Assembly (NCBI GenBank): GCA_900128395.1
Contig: LT649243.1
Location: 54,797-74,796, forward strand
Length of the DNA: 20,000 bases
From: Stramenopiles sp. TOSAG23-2
Taxonomy: Eukaryota
Direction of reading: 5' to 3'
The notes beneath the pieces are model-generated. The model searched no databases. It was not told the DNA's origin and saw nothing but the letters and a program-made list of their open reading frames with translations. Position numbers and translations under genes: made by a program. Positions 9,877 to 19,749 of the stretch are shown here, one piece after another (position 1 is the stretch's first letter; each line of letters opens with the position of its first letter).

Positions 9877-10506
9877 GGTGCAAAATAAAATAAAGAGAGA
9901 GAGAGAATGCACAACACGTGGGCATACAAATAGTTAATTATACTAAAATTCAAAGCACAAAATATTTTCAAACAAACCCAAGTTCTGATGGGTGCATGGA
10001 TTTCGATTATTATATATTATAACTTGCCCAGCTTTTGCCCAGCTTGCTATATATCATCTAAACCTAAACCAGCCGGGCTAGGGCCATCAGGGCCAGCTAA
10101 AATATACACCAGCGTTTACGTTGTTTTTACCTCCATGTAAATTTACCTATAGGTTAAGGTATAATATAATACTGGGAGCTGGATGATGTGCATGTGTTGC
10201 ATGTTTTGAATTTTTTAAATTTATTTAGAAATTTGCCAGATGAGCTTAAGCTTGCTATCTATTTATATAGTCTACCAGGTATAGCTTGCTGTGTGTGGAT
10301 TGTGTATTGTGTCCAATCCCCTTTTATTTTCACTTCTTCTTTTTTTTTTTTTTATTTTCACTTTTTTTTTTTAATTATTAATTTACAACACTTAAGATGA
10401 TTTTCAAGAAGTTATTGGCGAAGAAGAAGATATTACGGGAAAGAGAAATATTATCATCATCGTAGTAGTAGTGTGCGAAGAAAGGGCAAAAAAGAAATAA
10501 AATAAT

Positions 10507-11871
10507 ATGAATGGTGATTCAACACCGCCAACAACAAAAAATCAAGTAGGTCCAGAAATTAAATATGGACACGGTCCATTATATGGGGTAAAAGTGTTGG
10601 ATATTACAAGGTTTTGGAACGGGCCATCTGCAACGAGGAATTTAAGTGACTATGGTGCGACGGTAATAAAAGTAGAAATGCCAAATGAAGGTGATCCGAT
10701 TCGGACACAGCTTCCGAATAATTTGCCATCTGGTGCAACTGCACAAAGTACTACGAATTGGATGTTTGAAGCTGCAAATCGAGGTAAAAAATCCATATGT
10801 ATAGATTTAAGACATCCAAATACAAAACCGGTTATGAAAAGATTAACGGAATGGGCTGATATTGTTGTTGATAACTTTCGTTCCCCTAATATTATGAAAG
10901 GTTGGGGATATGGATATGAAGAATTGAAAAAATGGAATCCACAAATTATTTATGGACAAAACAGTTCGTTCGGTCCGTATGGACCAAAATCTGGTGAAGG
11001 ATCATTTGATGCGGTAGCACAAGCATATGCTGGAGCTGCGGTTTCAAATGGCGGTGGTACTAGGTATACGCCTTTACATGCTCCTTGGGCAATGGCTGAT
11101 GAGGTAGGTGCTATGAATTTTACGATGGGTTTATTAATGGCAATTATACATAAACAAAAGACTGGGGAAGGGCAAGAAATATTAACAAGTCAAGTTGGTG
11201 CAATGACACAATTTCAAGCATCAGATTTAGTACGATATACGATGAGAGGGGAACAAAAAAATGAAGGCCTTGATTATCGGCAAAAACATTATGCACAAAT
11301 TATGTGCATTTGCAAAGATGATAAATGGATCATGTTGCAAGTGGTATTACAAAAACAATGGGAAGGCTTGTGCAAAGGAATAAATCGTTTAGATTTAATC
11401 GAAGATAAACGAACCGTTGAAGTGATGGCACGTCGAGAAAATAAAGTATGGATGAAGAAGGAATTAGATCAAGCATTCAAAATGAAAACTAGAGCTGAAT
11501 GGCTTACTATAATGAAAAAAATGCAAGTACCAGCTGGCCCGTGTAACTCATATGAGGATTTACTACAAGAAGAGCAAATATGGGCTAATAATTATTTAAC
11601 AAGGGTAAAACATGAGAAGAAAGAAGAATTTATTACTATTGGTAAACCGTTAACATTTAGTAAAAGTCCTGCCTCGAAAACAGATGTTGCTCCAGAATTA
11701 GGAGAACATACTGTGGAAGTCTTAAAAGATCTTCTTGGTTTTACTGAGAAAGAAATTGCAATATTAGGTACAGATGGTGCTATAGGATTAGGTTATAATA
11801 GTTCACATATAAATATGTTTCGTGCAAGATTAGCGGAGGCTAAGCGAAAGAAAGTAGCATCAAAAATGTAA
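10507..11871 (+). CDS. CoA-transferase family III (CaiB/BaiF) protein, probably peroxisomal
   Basis: 454-aa ORF with GPLYGVKVLD, GATVIKVE..GDPIR, NRGKKSICIDL, ADIVVDNFR, SSFGPYGP, catalytic-Asp region AMADEVGAM and APELGEHT. It ends KRKKVASKM* (PTS1-type SKM). Confidence 0.93.
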   Translation: MNGDSTPPTTKNQVGPEIKYGHGPLYGVKVLDITRFWNGPSATRNLSDYGATVIKVEMPNEGDPIRTQLPNNLPSGATAQSTTNWMFEAANRGKKSICIDLRHPNTKPVMKRLTEWADIVVDNFRSPNIMKGWGYGYEELKKWNPQIIYGQNSSFGPYGPKSGEGSFDAVAQAYAGAAVSNGGGTRYTPLHAPWAMADEVGAMNFTMGLLMAIIHKQKTGEGQEILTSQVGAMTQFQASDLVRYTMRGEQKNEGLDYRQKHYAQIMCICKDDKWIMLQVVLQKQWEGLCKGINRLDLIEDKRTVEVMARRENKVWMKKELDQAFKMKTRAEWLTIMKKMQVPAGPCNSYEDLLQEEQIWANNYLTRVKHEKKEEFITIGKPLTFSKSPASKTDVAPELGEHTVEVLKDLLGFTEKEIAILGTDGAIGLGYNSSHINMFRARLAEAKRKKVASKM

Positions 11872-12174
11872 AAATTAAATAAAATATTGTACATCATTTA
11901 ATATAAAATACATAATATCTCCAGAGAGCGAGAGTCGAGAATTTTTTAAAAAAAACATACGAGTACGTACGTTTCGTACGGTGTACATGAATATCATATC
12001 ACCCGGCGGGATTTAAATTAAGCTTCGTCGTACATTTTATATTTTCGTAAACTTTTATTTAAACACGATCCACACGCTACGCACACAAATTTTTCGCGTG
12101 TCATTTTATATTTTCAATATACTACGAATACACTAAAGATGTTTAATTAACATGATACACCTTTTTCATTAGTC

Positions 12175-15100
12175 TTATGACAAACCAGGCGGTGGTGGTG
12201 GTGGTGGCAAATTATTCACATCTATACTTTGGGTTAGACCAGGTGGTGCGGGCGGTGGGGGTAAATTTGTTATGTCATCATCAGTACCTGGAGGTGGTGG
12301 AACATGGAAAAGCATTGCAGACATTCTATGTTCAGACTCCGAGAAACTTGGTGGCGGCGGTAATGAATTGCTCTTATTATTATCATCACTACCATCATTT
12401 ATTTTATCCGTATGTAAAGCACCAGCAATAGATACTCTACGGTTAGCCTTATGATCATCATGTATATGCTTTGCTTTCACTTCTTCATGTTCAACCGTTT
12501 TAGCAATCACATGGCTCTCGTGCACTTCCTCGTCCGTATGCTCCAAAATTTCAAAATCTTTCGCCAATAAATTTAAGTACGAATCTTTTGGATTCATAGT
12601 ATCCATATCACTACTTCGTGGGGCATTTCCCGTAGCGTGAGCAAAATCTTTATTATTGTGTTTTCCAGATGTTTTCATACTTAAAAATGATTGACGGCGT
12701 GCCATATCCTTTTGACGCATAATTTCCTCTTTTAACTTATCATTTTGACCATCTAGAGAATTTATTTTTCTTATTTGAACTTGGAAATTAATAGCACCAA
12801 CCACTACACCATGTAATACTAAAGGCAACCTCACCATATTCAAACCTTCCACTGATTTCGTTCGTCTCCTTGTTGTCATTGGCATATCTTGGGCTAAATC
12901 CCGTCGTATCGAAACGCCATTTGCTCCTAAAAATAACTCTGAATGACCAATTTTATGCCATGTAGTATGAGCACCTTCATCTTTCATGCGAACTACTATT
13001 AAAATATGTTGCGTGCGTATGTAAGATGCATCACCAACAGCAGGGAAAACCGTCGGTACCTGTCCTTCCTCCCATGTACCTCTTACTTCACCAGTTTCAG
13101 GATCTGCATTGACACTGATAACTTCAGATGTTATAGGTGACTCTAAAAAATCTGCATATAGTGTTATGTATAAATCTTTTGCTAATGATTCTGTATACGA
13201 ATCGCCTAGGACGGTTTCCTCCATCTGCTGAACTATGCTTTTACGATGACCTTTGTGATGATGGTGTTTCTCTTTTCTATTTTTATAACTTTTATCTTTT
13301 TTGCTTTTTTTTCCTTTAAACAAGTATCTTGTAACTTTTTTGTATGCTGATATTTTCTTCTTTTTATCTGCTGGTGTTGATGATTTGCGTTGAAACTTAG
13401 ATTTATCAACATCATTGTTGTTGTTGTTACTATTATTATTACTATTACCACCATCATCCTCATCATCTGCTGCATCAAGAACACTTTGATCAGTTGTCGC
13501 TAATTCTTCATTGAAATTAAACGATACCGAACCAAAATGTACATCACAATTTTCTGAGCCGTAAAAATTACCTTTGCGCACAACGTTTAAGAAGGGCACA
13601 TTTGTTTTAACTTTAAATCGTGCGCCAACTGGGCGATGATCACTTTGTCTCATCTTGAACATCGCGAGATACTCCATTACTTCTACATTGTCTTCTAAGC
13701 CAGCAGCTGTGCGCCATAATATTCTATCAGTCCATGACGGGGATTGAAAACGTTTGTTACTATAATCATGATGGTTGCGTACCATTCTATATGTAGGTGC
13801 GAAATTAATTTTCCCTTCTTTGAACCCGGTAAATACTCGCCCAGCGTTTATTTCGTCTTTCAATTGATCGTTTTCATATAATTTATCGTATTCTTTCTCC
13901 GATATCATCTTCAATACTGTTTTAAATTCACCTTCCGTATCATACCCAGGCCCGTCTTTTAAATTTATGCGATAATTCAAATCACCACCCCAAAAGACGT
14001 AATCGAATTGATGTATAAATTCCGAACCTTTCTCTAACAATATACCTTTCATCTTTTCAACAATATCTCTATAATTTTGCGCTCTTTCCTTTAACCTTTT
14101 CGCTCTTGCCGCTAAATGCGAACCAACGAAGCAAAAGTGCGTATCATCATCGTATGTAAATGCAACAGCTACACCGCCTTTATTTCCCATGACATGTCCA
14201 ATTCCAGTTGCTTGCTCTGCGGTACGTACATGGGATATTTTTGAATGAACAGCGCCTTTTGCGTAAACTATCACATGAATTGCCCATAAGGTCATCGTGC
14301 CAACCATTTTGTACTCATGTCCTCGAAATCGTTCCGAAGTATTTAAACATGTTTCTAAATCAGCAATCCATTGTTCTTTTTTCTTACATTCTTCTAAAAC
14401 AATCATAATGATATCCGATTGTTTTTCTCCCAATAAATGATGCACTGCGTTTTTGCCCCTTGACTCAGTATCTGCTGCATTGTACGTACAGCAAAATACA
14501 GTCAAATCCTCCGCTTTTGGTGGATCTGCACTCCAACCTTGTTGTTCAATTTTTTGTACATTAATTTGTCTCATTATAACACGTATGTGTCCACAAAAAC
14601 GTTCTCGCAATGCAATGGAGGGGAATTTAACGCGCAAGGGCTGTTCTAAGCTTGGGATTCTAATCGTCAATCGAGTCCGATTCCATGTATCCCTTTCTAA
14701 ACGCCAGTCTTCCCGGATCGGTAATGGGCGGCCACTACTATGTGCATGAGCATCGCGCTTACGCATCCAAACGACATGCATTCTTTCATCTGAAAATGTT
14801 ATCATTAAATTGATTTTTTCAGTTGAACCAATACGTTTAACAAGTTGTACTGGGTACGAGACACTAAATGGTTTCTGCGACCAAACTTCACCTTCATCTG
14901 ATACTTTGATATCTCTCGATACTAAAAAAAGCAATAGACAAAACACCTCTCGTTCTTCCTTTGTTAAGAAGGTGACGGTCACTTCTTTTTGATACAATAA
15001 ATTAAATATTAAAGACCTACCATCTGAACCACGTATAAACATGCCAACATCTTCAAATATAAATTTCATTGGCCAACGTGAATGTTGTTTTTTATTTTTA

Positions 15101-15257
15101 CCACCAAATATTGTTTCCCAATCTTTTGTCGCCATGGACATTCGAGAAGATGTAGCGGTTCTATGCTGTGGGTGCTCTTTTTCATCTGAAGTACTATCCC
15201 TTCTGTCTTTTGCAAGTGCAAGATCTGCTACTAAAGCACTTGCTTCCCCAGCACTCG
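12175..15257 (-). CDS. SHIP-like inositol polyphosphate 5-phosphatase (PH-like, 5-phosphatase, C2-like, proline-rich tail), 5'-truncated at the junction
   Basis: Catalytic motifs GNKGGV, FVGSHLAA, FWGGDLNYRI, FAPTYR, PSWTDRILW and SDHRPV. The frame stays open upstream of the track's Met (15141) to the junction at 15257 (SAGEASALVADLALAKDRR..). That sequence matches the ORF starting at 19750. Confidence 0.92.
15203..15257. repeat. Left copy of 55-bp exact inverted repeat (partner 19946-20000)
   Basis: ctgtcttttgcaagtgcaagatctgctactaaagcacttgcttccccagcactcg is the exact reverse complement of the last 55 nt of the window. Confidence 0.97.
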
Positions 15258-16667
15258 ACAGCTAAAAATGGATTTATTCTGTTTCCATTAGTTATTCATG
15301 CATTTGATATACTTGTCAGTAGTATTGGTTATTATGTTATGTTGAAATTTTATATTAGAAATGAGGAAAAGAATGGTATTCGTGGACCACTTGAAATTTT
15401 AACACGTGGTTTAATAGTTGCTGGATGTTCTAGTCTATTGACTTTTTCATTCACATGTTATGTTTTACTTTCTTTTACGCCAGAAGCGCCAAATGCATGG
15501 TGGCATTTTTTACTATGTGGTATTTATGGCATGGTAGCTGGAATTGCATCTATATTAATTACAACATATTACACATCAACGAAATATAAACCAGTAAACG
15601 ATATAGGGTTAGCTTCGAAATCAGGCCATGCAACCAATATTATTATGGGTGTTAGTGTTGGTATGGAAAGCACTGCAATGCCAATTATTGTTGTTTCCAT
15701 TGCAATTTTAGCATCATACTGGACCGGTAAGTCTTCCGGCTTAGTCATGGCATCAACTGGTGAAGCAACTGGTGGAATTTTTGGCACGGCAGTTGCTACT
15801 ATGGGTATGCTTTCAACTGCTGCATATGTATTAGCAATGGATTTTTTTGGTCCAATAGCAGATAATGCTGGTGGAATCGTAGAAATGAGTGATGAACCAG
15901 AAAATGTACGTAATATTACAGATGAGTTAGATGCTGTTGGCAATACGACAAAAGCAGCTACAAAAGGTTATGCAGTGTGTAGTGCTACATTAGCATCATT
16001 TTTATTATTTGCTGCATTTAAAGATGAAGTGGAAAATCTGACGGCAGGGAAGCTTGGTTCGATTGATTTATTCGTACCTGAAATTTTTATTGCTGGTTTA
16101 TTAGGAGCTATGCTAATCTATTTATTTACTAGCATGACATTAAGAGCAGTTGGTGATACGGCTGCTGAAGTAGTAATCGAAGTACGAAAACAATTTAAAG
16201 AAAATCCGGATATATTAACTGGTAAAATTTCACCGGATTATGGAAATTGTGTTGCTATTGTAGCCAAAGCTAGTTTACGAAAAATGGTCAAGCCTGGATT
16301 ATTAGTTGTTATTTTTCCTATTGTAGTAGGTATTGTATTTCGCTTACTGGGTAATGCATTTGGAAACAACGATGATTTATTAGGTGCAAAAGCTATTTGT
16401 TCGTTTTTAATGTTTGCAACTTGTAGTGGTGTTTTATGTTCATTGTTTTTAAACAATGCTGGTGGCGCATGGGATAATGCAAAGAAATTAATTGAAACTG
16501 GTAAATATGGTGGAAAAGGAAGTGATGCACATAAAGCTGCAATCACCGGAGATACTGTCGGGGACCCATTTAAAGATACAAGTGGACCTAGTTTACATGT
16601 TGTAATAAAATTAGTAGCAACAATTACTTTGGTTATGGCACCAGTGTTTGTTTCGTATGATTCGTAA
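15258..16667 (+). CDS. AVP2: Membrane H+-translocating pyrophosphatase, K+-independent (type II, AVP2/VHP2-like); partial, N-terminal part missing
   Basis: Motifs GFILFPLVIHAFD, GHATNII, MDFFGPIADNAGGIVEMS, LDAVGNTTKAATKG, NAGGAWDNAKK and GDTVGDPFKDTSGPSL. The N-terminal DVGADLVGKVE motif is absent. The first 30 codons of the track ORF (15168-15257) are antisense 5-phosphatase sequence. Confidence 0.92.
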   Translation, partial: TAKNGFILFPLVIHAFDILVSSIGYYVMLKFYIRNEEKNGIRGPLEILTRGLIVAGCSSLLTFSFTCYVLLSFTPEAPNAWWHFLLCGIYGMVAGIASILITTYYTSTKYKPVNDIGLASKSGHATNIIMGVSVGMESTAMPIIVVSIAILASYWTGKSSGLVMASTGEATGGIFGTAVATMGMLSTAAYVLAMDFFGPIADNAGGIVEMSDEPENVRNITDELDAVGNTTKAATKGYAVCSATLASFLLFAAFKDEVENLTAGKLGSIDLFVPEIFIAGLLGAMLIYLFTSMTLRAVGDTAAEVVIEVRKQFKENPDILTGKISPDYGNCVAIVAKASLRKMVKPGLLVVIFPIVVGIVFRLLGNAFGNNDDLLGAKAICSFLMFATCSGVLCSLFLNNAGGAWDNAKKLIETGKYGGKGSDAHKAAITGDTVGDPFKDTSGPSLHVVIKLVATITLVMAPVFVSYDS

Positions 16668-16819
16668 AGGGTTGTGTAAAATTTAATATTTTTATAATAT
16701 TAAATTTTCTAAAAATAATACTTCGTACGACCCGTGTCGTATTAATATCATAAAATGATACGGGAGTATTTTTTAAAAAAATATAAAATATTATATGATA
16801 TCATAATTTTTTTTTATTT

Positions 16820-17752
16820 TCACATCCTGCTCATGATTTCATAATCATCGGAAGGTGTATCCCACCATGGTAATGTTGGCTTTACAACTGCACGTTCCAT
16901 ACCAGCAGTACGGTGATAAAATCTTGCAGCATATGAATCGGATGTTACCATTTCAATTACTTTGTTTCGATATGGATAATGTACTAATATTATTTGATCC
17001 CATTCTTGTCCTTCGAGTGTATCTTGCTCCGTAATTAAAACAGTTTGACAATTAAATCCCATATAATATGGATATCCTCCGCGACGGAAGATATTAAATC
17101 CACCTCCTTTACCATATCGCCCATATGCTTCTCTTCCTGATATTGGTTCATCTTCAGCTTCTTTTGTACCTGGCTCATAAGTTGCAACTTTTTTATATTT
17201 ATTTAAATTCAACATAAACATTTTTTTCTCAGCAAGGTCTTCATTATACATATTAGTTATTTCTGTTTGAATACCATCAACATTTGTAAAAGCCAAGAAT
17301 TCTTCCTCTCTTCTTTTATTCCATTTTTTATCTGTTATTGGTGCAATTGTATTCAAAATCCGCGATAATACACTTAGACCACTACTCAAAGTGATTCCAA
17401 ATGGTAATCGCGCAGGCTTAAAAGCTAAAACCGTTAATTTACCAACAACACCACTAAACGCTAATGTTTCAAGTTGTTTTAAAACTAGAAATGCAGCATG
17501 TTTATTTGGCACTTCATCTAATACTAAATCTTCCCCAACAACAGCATTTGTATCGAAGGAACCGCCATAATATCGCAAACCACCTACATCTTTCACAGCT
17601 TGCAAACTGGTTTCAGTCAATGCTTTAATATATGCGGGCCGACCAAGATCATCTACAAAATTTTGTTGTTCATAAAAGGATAATAATGCAACTGGTCCAG
17701 ATTCATGTTGATTTTCAAATGCTAAACCAAATGGTAAAATTTCCGTATCCAT
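16820..17752 (-). CDS. DUF1330-like (dimeric alpha-beta barrel) protein, probably two tandem domains
   Basis: 310-aa ORF. The C-terminal half has MLNLNKY..SGREAYGRY..EWDQIILVHYP..EMVTSDSY..HRTAGME, a DUF1330-type pattern. The N-terminal half has a degenerate echo (LLSFY..GRPAYI..VGG..YYGG..LVLDEVP). Confidence 0.7.
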   Translation of the reverse strand: MDTEILPFGLAFENQHESGPVALLSFYEQQNFVDDLGRPAYIKALTETSLQAVKDVGGLRYYGGSFDTNAVVGEDLVLDEVPNKHAAFLVLKQLETLAFSGVVGKLTVLAFKPARLPFGITLSSGLSVLSRILNTIAPITDKKWNKRREEEFLAFTNVDGIQTEITNMYNEDLAEKKMFMLNLNKYKKVATYEPGTKEAEDEPISGREAYGRYGKGGGFNIFRRGGYPYYMGFNCQTVLITEQDTLEGQEWDQIILVHYPYRNKVIEMVTSDSYAARFYHRTAGMERAVVKPTLPWWDTPSDDYEIMSRM

Positions 17753-17999
17753 AATAATAATAATAATTTCAATAATGTAAAATATATAAACACTGTGTAC
17801 TATAAATTAGATAAAAGTAAGAAACAAAAAATAAATGATAATCACGGAAGTATAACTATATATAAATTCTATACAGCGTATTGTATATCTAATTGTAATA
17901 AATATATTATCAAATATACACAAGTGGATAGACTGAGAAAACCTGAAAACCTGGAACTTTGAAATTGTACTTGGTAGTATAGTATTTTGAATCTACTTA

Positions 18000-19430
18000 A
18001 AACAACCCTATAAAGAACATGAATAACAGCATCAGTGTTTTGTGGATAATGAATTATTAATTGATCCTATTCCTCCCATTCTCTTTTATCATTACTGCAT
18101 ACATTTCACATGTTGGTGATTGTTTACAGATATTGATAATCGGTTTCAAATTTTTTATTTACTTCTACATGAAATTCGTCGAATAGCGTGTGTAAACATG
18201 TTACCGCGTCGTTCGCGTTTTTTCGTTTATCTAAAAACCTTTGTTCATCCTTTGACATATCGTCTTTCAGTTCATCTGTCCAATCACGTTTTTTTTTCTT
18301 CTTCTTTTTCTTGCTTTTGTTACAATTCTTCCTCTTATTTTTAGGAATCTTAGGAATCTCAAAATCTTCATCATCGGGATCAACAGTTCCAGACATTGTT
18401 CGTTGTATTTGAATGTAAGTGTGTTGTTGCTTAAGGTAGGGAATACAGATACATGCACATATGACAGGTGTTGTTGTTTCATATGGAAACTCTCTTTGTT
18501 TACAAACACAACAGCATGTCTGCACAGTTCATTCTTTATATTTTTGTATGCAACCATGCAAATGTAAACACCATGCAATTGCTCATGCATATGTGCAAGT
18601 TGCAAACCACTAACAACTCCATTTACCTTTTCAATGTTGTAAGTCTCATGGAACATTGCATGCATCAATAAGTCATCATCACTTCGATATGCAGTGTTAT
18701 TACTATAGTTGTTTGTTTGTAAAATTCTCATATTGCTGCTTGATGAACTAGATGACCCATTACAAACAATTGTTTCACCTCCTTTTTTTTATTTCTGGTA
18801 TCATTATCATGGAAATTCTCTACTGTAACATATCACACACGGTTTTTGCCCTGCTTTCTCTTTTTTGACATAATTTATCACTCAAGTGGTATAATATAAA
18901 GCTTGATTTTGTATTTACTCAATGTTATGCAATACACATGGCAGTGTTATTACCTGGTGGATGGACCATGAAATTATACTATGCATCAACCAGCTAATGC
19001 ACTGTGTTGCGGAGAAAAATGTATTAGGCCAAAACATACCTTTCAATTGGAACCACTTCAAGATGGGGAATATTTCAATGGCTTAATGGATGCTCAAAAA
19101 GCAACTTGTAAGGACCAAATGAATTTGTTTGATGTAGCCGCAACACATTTATTAATGTTAACCTTCCGGTTTTGATGAACCAGTCAATTTTTCCTAAACC
19201 ACTACCCAAAAAGTTATAAAGACAAAGATGGCTTCACACCATGCCTGCTATTTACATCCATACATCCTATGTGCCTGCTATATGCTATTCCCATACTAAT
19301 AGACATAAGCTATAAGATATTTGCTAAGTGTGGCACACTCGAAAAAAAGCAAAACACAATTTTGGCCATACCTGCATAGCATTACTGTAAAATTAGTGTG
19401 CAATATGGCAATGGGCAGAGGCAAAATATT
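18000..19430. pseudogene. CpG-depleted decayed coding or repeat-derived sequence
   Basis: Short protein-like ORF fragments (18124-18397 -, 18267-18731 -, 18981-19175 +) broken by stops. I count only 6 CpG in 18421-19420, with abundant CA/TG. Origin unidentified. Confidence 0.45.
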
Positions 19431-19749
19431 ATATAATAATGAATAAGATTATTAATATATATTTAAAAAGATCGAGAAGATAAACATATATAGTGTATAG
19501 AAAGACTGATGGAAACAGGATGAAAGTGATTATATATATCGTATATATCATATATTCATTTCCTTTCCTCCCCATTTGCAAAGGGAAGTGTCTTCCCTCC
19601 ACCATATATATACATTTCATTGTTTGTAATAGAATATATACATACATATATAAATTATTATTATTATTTTTTTTTTTTTGATAATAACTAAATAAATAAT
19701 AAAATATTAAAATCTAAACTATATAAATATATCCAGTAATAATAATAAA

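Noticed and set aside
10397-10465. 22-codon upstream ORF before the CoA-transferase
   Set aside because: Purine-rich leader sequence with no evidence of translation or conservation.
15139-15141. Met at 15141 as the phosphatase start
   Set aside because: The frame is open a further 38 codons to the junction and continues in the 19750 ORF, so this Met is internal.
15168-15257. Apparent N-terminus MGALFHLKYY.. of the 499-aa PPase ORF, and an apparent head-to-head overlap with the phosphatase
   Set aside because: It is the antisense of phosphatase coding sequence, as shown by the identical copy at 19946-20000. PPase similarity begins only at 15258.
15569-16546. Antisense ORFs of 124 and 102 aa
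   Set aside because: Shadows of the PPase coding strand with no independent motifs.
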